Shown here in pieces: positions 19,117-28,802 of a stretch of 64,000 nucleotides of DNA. The position numbers and the translations under genes are program-made. The notes beneath the pieces are model-generated. The model did no database searches. It saw only the letters and a program-made list of their open reading frames with translations, and was not told the DNA's origin. The first letter of the stretch is position 1. Every line of letters starts with the position of its first letter. The stretch comes from an uncultured delta proteobacterium (GTDB taxonomy: Bacteria; Desulfobacterota; Binatia; Binatales; Binataceae), in assembly GCA_963808235.1 (NCBI GenBank), contig CAWEEQ010000004.1:2656001-2720000 (forward strand), given 5' to 3'.

Positions 19117-20306
19117 TGGTTCGAGTTCCTTACTCCCCGGGTTTTTTTGAGCGCCGCCCGATAGAGCTCAAGCGTCCGTTCAGCCATCGAGTCCATCGAG
19201 TATTTGTTTTCCGCATGCGCACGCGCCGCCGCACCCATGTTTGCTCGGAGCTCGGCGGATTTTGCCAGCCAGGAGATCGCAGATCCGATTTCATCTGCAC
19301 GACCGGGCGCGACCAATATCCCGGTGATGTCGTGCTCGACGACTTCGCGGAGTCCGCCGACAGCGCTCGCGATCGCGGGCAATCCGCTTGCCATGGCTTC
19401 CAGAGCCGCAACGCCGAGACCCTCATTCAGGGAAGGCATCGCGAATATGTCCGACGCCCACAGCAGTTCGCGCGGATGCTCGATTCGGCCAAGCATCGTA
19501 ACATGCTGGGCGCATCCAAGCTCAGCGATCTGGCGCACCAGATCCCGGCGAATCGATCCCTCGCCCGCGATGAAGCACCTGACCGGGAAGGCTGACTCCG
19601 CCAGAGTCGCGATCGCTTCGACCAGATAGCGATGACCCTTGCGAGCTTCGAGCGCGCCGACCGCGGTTATCGCAATCTCGTCTTCTCCTATTCCGAGTGC
19701 CGCTCGCGCGCCGGCGCGTTGATCGGCGGTCGGAGGATGGAAGCGCTCGCAATCGACTCCGCTTGGAACAACCGCGATGCGAGCGCGATCTACATTAGCC
19801 GCCGCCAGAGAATCGGCAACGCCGCCAGAAATCGCGACCACGCAATCGACCGCACGATTGAACAGGTACGGCGCGAAAATACGATTGGGCCGGTAGTCCA
19901 TGCGGCGCGTGACAAACAACGCCGGCGCAAACCCGCGCACCAGCGGCGCCATCGAATGCGCGCGTGAAGTGTGGAAGTGGACGATGTCGTAGTGCTCACG
20001 TTTGAGAATTCCGCGCAGCCGGATCGCGGCGGGAATGTCAACCGCGTTGCGGATTCGCAGAGGATGGCATCGGATACCGGCATTGGCTGCCCGCTCCCAG
20101 AGCCGGGCCGCCGGATCGCAAATCAGTTCAGCGCTGTGGCCGGCCGCGATCAGCGCAAGCGTCAGGCCCATAACCTGGGTCTCGCCACCGCCGAAGCCGA
20201 GTTCGGGATCGACGCCTGCGATGCGCAGCCGTGACATAGGGACAGTGTTCGGTTGCGGGGCCAGCGACTGGGCGGGTGCAGATTTCATATTATAGTTTGA
20301 TCGCAT
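19113..20306 (-). CDS. GT4 family glycosyltransferase (LPS core)
   Basis: GGGETQ, KGH, EGLGVAALEAMA motifs; start may be 20237-20306. Confidence 0.9.
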   Translation of the reverse strand: MRSNYNMKSAPAQSLAPQPNTVPMSRLRIAGVDPELGFGGGETQVMGLTLALIAAGHSAELICDPAARLWERAANAGIRCHPLRIRNAVDIPAAIRLRGILKREHYDIVHFHTSRAHSMAPLVRGFAPALFVTRRMDYRPNRIFAPYLFNRAVDCVVAISGGVADSLAAANVDRARIAVVPSGVDCERFHPPTADQRAGARAALGIGEDEIAITAVGALEARKGHRYLVEAIATLAESAFPVRCFIAGEGSIRRDLVRQIAELGCAQHVTMLGRIEHPRELLWASDIFAMPSLNEGLGVAALEAMASGLPAIASAVGGLREVVEHDITGILVAPGRADEIGSAISWLAKSAELRANMGAAARAHAENKYSMDSMAERTLELYRAALKKTRGVRNSNQ

Positions 20307-20995
20307 CAGTCGAAGAATCGGTAATACAAAATTGCGCCCACCGCGCTCAGCGCATCGCGGAATCCGATCTTCTTGCCCTCCTCGTAGGTGCGTCCCGAGT
20401 ACGAGACCGGTACTTCATATATTCGCCATCGCGCGCGCGCCGCCTTGGCCGTTACCTCCGGCTCGAAGGTAAAGCGATTTGCGCTGAGCTTGAGGGTGAC
20501 GAGCTTCTCGCGCACGAAAGCTTTCATGCCGGTTTCCATGTCGGTCAGATTCAAGTCGCTGATCATGTCGGAGAGCAGGGTCACGCTGCGGTTGGCCACG
20601 TAATGCCAGAAGAACATCACACGATGAGGACCGGATAGGAAGCGCGAGCCATAAACCATATCGGCGCGGCCGTCGAGCAAAGGCGGAATCATCGCGGCGT
20701 AATCTTTTGGATCGTATTCGAGGTCGGCGTCCTGCACGAAGAGGTATGGATTTTTCGCGGCGGCAAAACCAAGCCTCAGCGCGGCGCCTTTGCCACGATT
20801 GACGGCGTGATAAAAGCACTGCACGCGTGGATGATTGAACTTTTGTAGAAATTCGCGAGTCCCGTCCGTGGAAGCATCGTCGACCACGATAACTTCAGCG
20901 TCGAATCCGCAGTCGAGTACGCGCTCGATCACGCGGCCGATGGTGTTGGCTTCGTTGTAGACCGGGATCACCACCGAAATCTTCGCCGGAGCCAT
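20306..20995 (-). CDS. GT2 family glycosyltransferase (DPM/polyprenol-phosphate sugar synthase-like)
   Basis: VIPVYNE, VDDAS.DGT, NRGKGAA, QDADLEYDP, YGSRF, DMETG motifs. Confidence 0.92.
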   Translation of the reverse strand: MAPAKISVVIPVYNEANTIGRVIERVLDCGFDAEVIVVDDASTDGTREFLQKFNHPRVQCFYHAVNRGKGAALRLGFAAAKNPYLFVQDADLEYDPKDYAAMIPPLLDGRADMVYGSRFLSGPHRVMFFWHYVANRSVTLLSDMISDLNLTDMETGMKAFVREKLVTLKLSANRFTFEPEVTAKAARARWRIYEVPVSYSGRTYEEGKKIGFRDALSAVGAILYYRFFD

Positions 20996-21862
20996 CAACC
21001 CTCCCTTGCCTCCCTGCGCTCGGGCCGAATCTCTTCCGCAGCTTGCGCGAGATCCCGGTCACGCGCAATTCGCGCCCGCAGCATCTGCGCAACGCGCCGG
21101 CGCGTCGTGCGCCGGCGCCGGGGCGGCATCGCCGCCGAATAACCGCACCACACCCGCATACGATCGGTATTGCTGATCGTCTTGAGGTCGAGATGGCCGA
21201 GTTGAACGAGATTGCGCATCCGCGGCCGCTCGAAGCGGCTAAGAATCGTGCGCCGGGTGCGATCGTGATCGATAAACACAAACTGCGGCGGATTCACGCC
21301 GGTGACGAAAATATTATACGGGGTGAGATCGCCATGGAGATAACCGGCGCGATGCAGCCGCGCGACCTCCCCGCCGAGTGCGCGCAGGATTCCGCGTTTT
21401 GCCGCAAGCGTCTCGCGCCGCAGGCGCAGGTGCCGCGGAATGTTCCAACCGTCGACGGCCGCGGTCGCCACGATCTCGCGGCCGCCGTGCTGTTCCGCAC
21501 CGAGCAGCAAAATTTCGGGAACGCCAATCCCGTCGCCGCGAAGATGCTCCGATATGCGCGCGACGTGCGCGACCCGCGAGCCCTTGAACATCCGCCGGAT
21601 CGAGAGCGGTCCGCGAGTCGCGTCAATCACCTTGAAGTAGACAAACGGGCCGCTGGCGCCGCCCAGACGCTCGCGCCAGGTCTCCGCGTGACGCGAGCGA
21701 CGCACGCATTTGGCCAGAGTCCCGTCGATGGCCGCGAACGCGGAATCGATCAGAACTTCGCGAAGTTCTTCGGAAAATCGCGCGTCGTAGTCAAGCAGGA
21801 ACAGAACCCATCCCCCCCGCCTGAGCGGTACGCCCTCGAACCCAGAACGTCCACCAGTTCAA
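20995..21862 (-). CDS. Lipopolysaccharide kinase (InaA/WaaP-like); 5' part out of frame at a G7 tract (21812-21818)
   Basis: LHRAGYLHGDL..N, FIDHD, RNLVQL motifs; the frame is open upstream of 21705 but has no start; a TTG at 21862 overlapping the waaF stop joins it if the G-run is 6 long. Confidence 0.75.
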
Positions 21863-22932
21863 TTCGACGCTCCGCGCAGATCGAGCGCGCGCCGTAAGGC
21901 CGCACTGACTTCGCCCGGGGATATTCGCCGCATGCATTCCCGCCCGATCGGGCATTGGCGAAGATAGCAGGGATGACATGGGATCTCGCCGCTGACGGCG
22001 AATTCGGCAAAGCCCCACGGCGCGGAACGTTCGGCCGCGGTCGCGCCCCAGAGCGACACGACGGGACATCCGACGGCCGCCGCGATATGCATCGGGCCTG
22101 AGTCGGGACCGAACGCCGCGGCGCATTCCTGGAAGACCGCGATCAGGTCGCGAAGCGAGGTGCGGCCGGCAAGATTCAGCGCCGGCGTATCGCCAAGATG
22201 ACGCATCACGTCGCCGGCGAGCCCGGTCTCATCGGGACCGCCGAGCAAAACTGGAAACAGTGCTGGAGAATTTGTGCCGGCGCGCACCAGTTCGGTGATT
22301 ACCGCTGCGGTCGATTCGGGGAAGTAGATGCGGCTCGGCCACGACGAACCGAGAATGACGGCGAGTCGCGGCCGCGGCGCATCGGTGAGGATTGCACGCG
22401 CACGATCGCGTTCCTGATCAGACGCGGTCAGTCCAAATTCAATGGGCGCCGGTGGAATTTCGAGCGCGTCGCCGAACGCCTGGTACTGAAGCAGCTTCAG
22501 TCGCATGTTGGGCTGTGGCGCAATGTGATGATTGGAAAAGAGATGGTTGAACTCCTTGGTGTTCACCGCGGAGAAACCAAATCGATCGCAAGCGCCAGAG
22601 ACTCTCGACGCGAGCCCGCTCTTTAGATGGCGCTGAAGGTCGAGGACCAGGTCGAAGCCTCCGCCGCGAATCCGGTTCAGGAAGGGAAGAAAGGTCCACG
22701 GCGCGTGAGCGCGATCGTACATGATCACCTGGTCGAGCCAGGGATGATTCTCGAGCAGTGGAGCCGATTTCGGTTCGACAGCCCACCCGATATGCGCGTC
22801 CGGCCACGCGTGGCGGATGCGTCCGAGCAACGGAAGTGCGCGAACAACGTCGCCAATGGCGCCGAGCAGCACGATCAGCACGCGGCGCGGGCGCGTCATA
22901 ATTTGCGGAGCGATGGCTTCGGCAGCGGACAT
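21859..22932 (-). CDS. waaF: GT9 ADP-heptose:LPS heptosyltransferase
   Basis: GAIGDVV, DLQ..KS, LAGRTSL, DSGPMHIAAA, WGAT motifs; WaaC versus WaaF not resolved. Confidence 0.85.
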   Translation of the reverse strand: MSAAEAIAPQIMTRPRRVLIVLLGAIGDVVRALPLLGRIRHAWPDAHIGWAVEPKSAPLLENHPWLDQVIMYDRAHAPWTFLPFLNRIRGGGFDLVLDLQRHLKSGLASRVSGACDRFGFSAVNTKEFNHLFSNHHIAPQPNMRLKLLQYQAFGDALEIPPAPIEFGLTASDQERDRARAILTDAPRPRLAVILGSSWPSRIYFPESTAAVITELVRAGTNSPALFPVLLGGPDETGLAGDVMRHLGDTPALNLAGRTSLRDLIAVFQECAAAFGPDSGPMHIAAAVGCPVVSLWGATAAERSAPWGFAEFAVSGEIPCHPCYLRQCPIGRECMRRISPGEVSAALRRALDLRGASN

Positions 22933-23092
22933 CCGTAGAGGTGCTCGAGTCTCAGTTCGACTCCGACCGGTCGATCATAACGACCAAGGCGAGCCGGGCA
23001 AAGAGCGGGCGGGTAACCGTTAAGCCCGCAATTGTTCGGAGACGCGCCATCTGCGTATAAGAGGCGCTGGGGGTTGGCGGAGGAGATTCCAC

Positions 23093-25498
23093 TTGACGAC
23101 GGGACTGCGCGATCCGGGCGATCTGACCGGACCGGTAACTTTTCTTTTGTTGTGTCTCATTGCGCTGGTTGTGATCCGCGGCAGCGAGGCGCCATCTATC
23201 GGCGTGACGGAACCGCCCGCGTCGGAATTCTCGCCGGCGCGCGCGATGCGCGACGTGCGGGCAATCGCGGTGCGGCCTCATCCAGTCTCATCCACCGAGC
23301 ACGAACGGGTACTCGAATATATCGTCGGGCGGCTGCAGGAACTCGGCGCGAATCCTGAAGTTCAGACTGCGACCGTCGCGCGGCACATTCCGTTCGGGCC
23401 CGATACGTGGGCCGTGGTGCGCAATATCGTAGGACGGGTCCCGGGCCTGGCAACAGATCCCGCGAAAAAATCTACCGGCGCGGTGATGCTGGTCGCGCAC
23501 TATGACTCTGTGCCAAGCGGGCCGGGCGCGGGCGACGATGCCGCGTCGGTCGCGGCAATCCTGGAGACGATTCGCGCGCTGAAAGCCGGCCGCGCGCTGC
23601 GCAACGATCTCATCGTGCTGTTCACCGATGGCGAGGAACTCGGCTTACTGGGCGCCAAGGCTTTCGTCGAAACGTACCCGACTCTGCGCGAGGTCAAGGT
23701 CGTGCTGAACTTCGAGTTTCGCGGCGACGAAGGGCCGTCGATGATGTTCCAGACCAGTGAGCGCAATCAATGGCTGGTCGATCAGTTCGCAGCCGCGGCG
23801 CCATTTCCGCGCGCGACCTCGGCGGCGGTATCGGTGTATCGGAGAATGCCGAGCGACACGGACCTTACTGTTTTTCTTGCGACCGGAGTCGACGGTATGG
23901 ATTTCGCGCCATCGGGCGGGATTACCCGTTATCACACGGAACTCGACAACGCCGACCAGCTCGACCCGCGCTCGCTTCAGCATCAGGGAATGTACGCGCT
24001 GTCGATGGCGCGGCAGTTTGGATCGATAGCGTTGAGCGATCCTCGATTCGACGACCAGGTCTTTTTTGTCGCCGGCGGCATCCTGATGCATTACACGAAG
24101 CATTTCGCGCTACCGCTTGCCTTGCTGGTGGCGATGCTGGTTGCCGGCGGATTGGGAATCGGAATTTACGACGGACGATTTAACGCCGGAGGTATCGCCG
24201 CGGGAGCTGCGATCTATGCCCTTGCGCTCGTTGTCGCGGTGTTGGAGGCACGCGGCACGTGGGGACTAATGTCCGAGCTGGCGGGCTACCAGATGCTGCC
24301 GTGTGGAACGACCTACGGCGGCGGGTGCTACTCGGTCGCGGCGCTCGCAATCATTTTCTGCACATTGTGGACGACATACGTTTTGATGAGCCGGAGGATT
24401 CGCGCGCAAAACCTCGGTGCGGGTGCGCTGATTGTCTGGACGGTGCTTATGCTCGCCGTCAGCGTCGGATTTCCCGGCGGCAGCTATATGTTCACCTGGC
24501 CGCTGTTGTTTGCGACGCTCGCAATCAGTTATCGCTCGGGCGCGACACTGGAACGCGCATCGATTCGGCCCGCGATTCTTGCGCTCGTCGGGTTGGTGCC
24601 GGGCACCGCGATGATAGCGCCGGCCTTCGTCGCTTCGCCGGATGGAACGCTGCTCTTCCTCGTACTATCGGGACTGACAGCCGCACTTCTGTTTGGCCTA
24701 TTGATCCCTTACATGGACTGGCTGACGAGCGGCTGGCGATGGTTCGTGCCGTCGGTGTCGGGATTTCTCGCGCTTGTCATGATCATCGAGGGTCTCGGGG
24801 CGAGCAGGTTCGACGCGACCCGGCCGCATCCGGACAGTATCTTTTATGTTCTCGACACGGATCGCGGACGAGCGACGTGGGCGAGCCTGGATTCGCAGCC
24901 CGACGTTTTCACCGCGCAATTTTTCCATCGTCACGTGCGCGCGGGATGGCTCGCGCGGCTGACAGGGCTGGCGACAATCGACGCGGCGAACGATACGCTC
25001 AAACGAATTCCGGTCTTGCGCAATTTCGCTTATCTCAATCATGGGCGAACGATCGAAGGCGACGCGCCGGCGATCAAGGCGGCTGCGCCGGAAATCAAGG
25101 TACTCGATGACGCGAGCAAAGACGGCGCGCGCGCGGTTAGGATTCATATCGCGTCGGAGCGCAACGCGCCGATCGTGTGGATGTCGGTGCCGTTCGGCGT
25201 GACGGTTCTGGGCAGTTCGATCGACGGCAAATCGGCGGGCGACCGAATCACCAACGGATGGACCGGGTGGTATTGGAACGCGCCGCCAACTGGTTTCGAC
25301 CTTGAGCTCAAGCTCGCGGCGCAGGGGCCATTCGCGCTGACCGTGATCGATCAGACTGCGGAATTACCGGAGACGCCTGGGTTTTCGTTCGAGCCTCGCG
25401 GAACGGCCATGATGCCGACGCCGTTTCTCTTTTTCGACTCGGCAACCCTTGTCACAAGGACGATCGCAATCGGCGGCGAGGCGTTAACGACGCGGTGA
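23093..25498 (+). CDS. Membrane-bound M28 family metallopeptidase (ERMP1-like)
   Basis: AHYDSV..GPGAGDD, DGEELGL, NFEFRG, DTD, YHT; C-terminal TM bundle. Confidence 0.9.
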   Translation: MTTGLRDPGDLTGPVTFLLLCLIALVVIRGSEAPSIGVTEPPASEFSPARAMRDVRAIAVRPHPVSSTEHERVLEYIVGRLQELGANPEVQTATVARHIPFGPDTWAVVRNIVGRVPGLATDPAKKSTGAVMLVAHYDSVPSGPGAGDDAASVAAILETIRALKAGRALRNDLIVLFTDGEELGLLGAKAFVETYPTLREVKVVLNFEFRGDEGPSMMFQTSERNQWLVDQFAAAAPFPRATSAAVSVYRRMPSDTDLTVFLATGVDGMDFAPSGGITRYHTELDNADQLDPRSLQHQGMYALSMARQFGSIALSDPRFDDQVFFVAGGILMHYTKHFALPLALLVAMLVAGGLGIGIYDGRFNAGGIAAGAAIYALALVVAVLEARGTWGLMSELAGYQMLPCGTTYGGGCYSVAALAIIFCTLWTTYVLMSRRIRAQNLGAGALIVWTVLMLAVSVGFPGGSYMFTWPLLFATLAISYRSGATLERASIRPAILALVGLVPGTAMIAPAFVASPDGTLLFLVLSGLTAALLFGLLIPYMDWLTSGWRWFVPSVSGFLALVMIIEGLGASRFDATRPHPDSIFYVLDTDRGRATWASLDSQPDVFTAQFFHRHVRAGWLARLTGLATIDAANDTLKRIPVLRNFAYLNHGRTIEGDAPAIKAAAPEIKVLDDASKDGARAVRIHIASERNAPIVWMSVPFGVTVLGSSIDGKSAGDRITNGWTGWYWNAPPTGFDLELKLAAQGPFALTVIDQTAELPETPGFSFEPRGTAMMPTPFLFFDSATLVTRTIAIGGEALTTR

Positions 25499-25519
25499 GC
25501 AAAGCGCGATGCAGACCGA

Positions 25520-26734
25520 TCACCGATCGCATTCGCCGCCGATCATGTTGACCATCCCGAAGGTCGTGATGATGTCGGGGATCATGTGGCCGATCAGCAT
25601 TTTGTGGAGCACGCCCATCCCGAGAAAACACGGCGGCCTGACTCGCACCCGGTACGGACGCCCGCTGCCGTCGCTCACGACGTAAAATCCCAACTCGCCG
25701 TTGGCGCCCTCGACCGCCTGGTAAATTTCGCCCGCGGGCACGTGGATGCCTTCCATGATGAGCTTGAAATGGTTCATCAGGCCTTCGATCGAGTTGTACA
25801 CTTTCTCTTTTTCGGGCAGCACGATTTTAGGATCGGTGATCGTCACTGGCCCCTCCGGAAGGGACTTAACCGCCTGCTCGATGATTCGCTTTGATTGATA
25901 CATCTCGCGGAAGCGCACGTTGAAGCGGTCGTAGTTGTCGCCTTGCTCGCCGACCGGGACTTCGAAATCCATTCGATCGTAGACGAGATATGGATGCGCC
26001 TTGCGGACGTCGTATGAGACCCCAGTCGCGCGCAGCAGCGGCCCGGTGAGGCCGTAGGAGATCGCGTCCCGCTTCGGCAGAATCCCGACACCCGACATCC
26101 GATCGATGAACACGCGATTGCGGCTCAGCAGTTTGTCGCAGTCGCTCAAGACCTGGTCGATCCTGACGAATGCGGCCTTCATCCGATCCGCAAAGTCGGC
26201 GGGAAGATCGTGAGTCATGCCGCCCACGCGGCACCATGTCACCGTCAGCCGCGCGCCGGTCACCGATTCGATCAAATCGTAAAGGAACTCGCGCGCCTCG
26301 AGCATGAACATAAACACGGTCGCTGCGCCGACCTCGTTGGAAGCCGCCCCAAGGCAGGTCAGATGGTCGGCGATGCGCGAGACCTCGCTCATGATCATGC
26401 GCACGTACTTGCATCGCTCAGTCGTCTCGACTCCGAGCAGGCGCTCGACGGCGAGCGCAAAGCCGACGTTGTTGATGCACGGCGACGCGTAGTTGAGCCG
26501 GTCGGTGTACGGGAAGCATTGGGTCCAGGTGCCCTGCTCGCACATCTTTTCGAATCCGCGATGCAGGTAGCCGACCTCGACGTCGCAATCGACGATCCGC
26601 TCGCCGTCGAGCTTCAGGTTGAACTTGATGGTGCCGTGGGACGCGGGATGCGACGGCCCCATCTGGAGTTCCATTATCTCGTCGGACGGATCCGACGGCA
26701 CGATTTTATCTTCCCAGCGCGCGGGTAGTGCCAT
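25520..26734 (-). CDS. nuoD: NADH-quinone oxidoreductase subunit D
   Basis: MGPSHPASHG, GYLHRGFEK, DRLNY, GELGFY, GECDR C-terminus. Confidence 0.96.
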   Translation of the reverse strand: MALPARWEDKIVPSDPSDEIMELQMGPSHPASHGTIKFNLKLDGERIVDCDVEVGYLHRGFEKMCEQGTWTQCFPYTDRLNYASPCINNVGFALAVERLLGVETTERCKYVRMIMSEVSRIADHLTCLGAASNEVGAATVFMFMLEAREFLYDLIESVTGARLTVTWCRVGGMTHDLPADFADRMKAAFVRIDQVLSDCDKLLSRNRVFIDRMSGVGILPKRDAISYGLTGPLLRATGVSYDVRKAHPYLVYDRMDFEVPVGEQGDNYDRFNVRFREMYQSKRIIEQAVKSLPEGPVTITDPKIVLPEKEKVYNSIEGLMNHFKLIMEGIHVPAGEIYQAVEGANGELGFYVVSDGSGRPYRVRVRPPCFLGMGVLHKMLIGHMIPDIITTFGMVNMIGGECDR

Positions 26735-26756
26735 GATTTTTTTCACGTCTGCGTCT

Positions 26757-27257
26757 TCAGCGCGAGGAGCGGATCGGATGCACGATCGGATCGATCTCCT
26801 CAACGATGGGCTGGCGTTTGTTGTAGAGATAATCCTTGCGCAGCGGATGGCCCTCGAATGAATCGTACATCAGGATGCGGCGCAGGTCGGGATGGCCCTT
26901 GAAATTGATTCCGAACATGTCGAAGCATTCGCGCTCCAGCCAATCGGCCGCGCCCCAGATGCCGACGATGCTGTGCACCCACGGGTCGGCACCATCTACG
27001 CCTATTTTGACCCGGAGGCGATGACCCAGGGTCAGCGAATTCAGTTGGTAGACGACATCGAAGCGCGGATTGCGCTCGAGCCAGTCAACCGCTGTCAAGT
27101 CGGTCAGGAAGTTGAACTCGAAGCCGGGTTCGTCGCGGAGCGCGCGAAAAAAATCGTACCCATGCTCGCGGCCGATGGTGACAGTTTCCTCGCCGCGAGC
27201 GTCTTCGCTATCGAGGATCTCCGCGCCGAAGCGCTGCTTTAATTTTTCGATCAACAT
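26757..27257 (-). CDS. nuoC: NADH-quinone oxidoreductase subunit C
   Basis: DLTAVD, ERECFDMFGI.F.GHPDLRRIL, GHPLRKDY motifs. Confidence 0.96.
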   Translation of the reverse strand: MLIEKLKQRFGAEILDSEDARGEETVTIGREHGYDFFRALRDEPGFEFNFLTDLTAVDWLERNPRFDVVYQLNSLTLGHRLRVKIGVDGADPWVHSIVGIWGAADWLERECFDMFGINFKGHPDLRRILMYDSFEGHPLRKDYLYNKRQPIVEEIDPIVHPIRSSR

Positions 27258-27263
27258 TGAGAA

Positions 27264-27617
27264 TCAATCCCAATCCAGCGCGCCGCGCTGCCACGCGTAA
27301 ACGAGACCCACCACAAGTATCGAGATGAAAATCAGCGCCTCGACGAAACCAAACATCCCAAGATGCCGCAGCTCGACCGCCCACGGATAGAGAAAAATCA
27401 CTTCCACATCGAAGAGCAGGAACAGGATCGCGGTCAGGTAAAATCGCACCGTAAAGCGACCCCATGCCGAACCGCTCGGCGGGTTGCCGCATTCGAACGC
27501 CTCTCCCTTCACCTGGCTCGGTCGAGAGGGGCCGACAAGCATGTTGATGGTGCACATCACGCCGACAATCACGGCGGCGAGGACGATCGTCACAGCGATG
27601 GGGAACCAGGTTGCCAT
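27264..27617 (-). CDS. nuoA: NADH-quinone oxidoreductase subunit A
   Basis: FECG, RFY..AILFLLFDVE..FLYPWA, GALDW motifs. Confidence 0.96.
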   Translation of the reverse strand: MATWFPIAVTIVLAAVIVGVMCTINMLVGPSRPSQVKGEAFECGNPPSGSAWGRFTVRFYLTAILFLLFDVEVIFLYPWAVELRHLGMFGFVEALIFISILVVGLVYAWQRGALDWD

Positions 27618-27728
27618 TCGCCTTCCATCAACAACGGAGAATCATCAAGACGACTTATCTCCATATGAATAGCGGATTAGCGATGCTTTGGGAACGATCG
27701 ACGCGGCGTCGGCGGTCGGTGGCTCTTT

Positions 27729-28802
27729 TCAGGCGATACCGTAGTGCCGGCGTTTGCGCCACAGAGTCGTCACGTTGATGCCCAGCGTCGCCGCGGCCTG
27801 ACCAAGAGTCGGGCTCTCCGCCAGCGCTCGCAGGATGTGCTCGCGTTCGAGGTCTTTCAGCCGAGTGCCGTGCGCAGCGCCGGCGGATATCGCGGACGTG
27901 CGATGACGGACAGAATCCGGCAGGTCATCAAGGGTGACTGTATCGGTTCGAGTAAGATCCGCGGCGCGCTTCAGAGCATTGTGAAGCTCGCGCAGATTTC
28001 CCGGCCATCGATAGCTGACCAGAGCGTCGACCGCCTCGGGCGCCAGGCGGAGACCAGGGCGACCGCTGTCGATCGAAATTCGCTTTAACATCCAATCGGC
28101 AAAGGGAACGATATCCTGAGTGCATTCGCGCAGCGGCGGCAGAGTAAAAGTGATCACGTTCAGCCGATAGTAAAGATCCTCGCGAAAACGTCCTGCCGCG
28201 ACTTCGGCCTCAAGATTTCGATTGGACGCGACGATGACGCGAACGTCAACTCTGAGGGTTTGATCGCTGCCGATGCGCTCAAAGCATCGGTCCTGAACGA
28301 AACGAAGAAATTTCATCTGCACCGAGGTCGGGAGCTCGGCGATTTCGTCGAACAATACGGTGCCGCCGTCGCCGGCTTCTAGGCGCCCGGGCTTGTCGTT
28401 GATCGCGCCAGTAAAACTTCCGCGAACGTGACCGAACAGCTCATCTTCGAGCAGATGCTCCGCCAGCGTGGTGCAATTGATCACGACGAATGGCCCACGG
28501 CGCCGCGGACTCCATCGATGAATCTGGCGCGCAAGCAGGTCCTTGCCGGTACCGCTTTCGCCGGTGAGGAGAATGGTCGAGTCGCCGGCCGCGGCACGTT
28601 CGAGCATCGCCAGCATCGCGGACATTTCAGGCTTCCGTGATTCGAGGAGTAGATCTTCTTCGACCGGTACCAGGCGCGCAGCGTCGTCGGCCTGGAACTC
28701 AGACGCCGGGCTTGCGTAGTGTCTTCGAACATCCATCGCCATCACACTGTGCGGTCTCGGAAAAACGACTCGACCTGCCCTGCCCCCCTCGACTGAAGTC
28801 AC
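27729..28802 (-). CDS. Sigma54-dependent transcriptional activator (AAA+ plus Fis HTH, AlgB-like), no N-terminal receiver domain
   Basis: GESGTGKD, ELFGH.RGSFTGA, FDEI, FREDLYYRLNV, WPGNLREL, HTH AAATLGINVTTLWRKR; only about 55 aa before the AAA+ domain. Confidence 0.9.
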   Translation of the reverse strand: MTSVEGGRAGRVVFPRPHSVMAMDVRRHYASPASEFQADDAARLVPVEEDLLLESRKPEMSAMLAMLERAAAGDSTILLTGESGTGKDLLARQIHRWSPRRRGPFVVINCTTLAEHLLEDELFGHVRGSFTGAINDKPGRLEAGDGGTVLFDEIAELPTSVQMKFLRFVQDRCFERIGSDQTLRVDVRVIVASNRNLEAEVAAGRFREDLYYRLNVITFTLPPLRECTQDIVPFADWMLKRISIDSGRPGLRLAPEAVDALVSYRWPGNLRELHNALKRAADLTRTDTVTLDDLPDSVRHRTSAISAGAAHGTRLKDLEREHILRALAESPTLGQAAATLGINVTTLWRKRRHYGIA

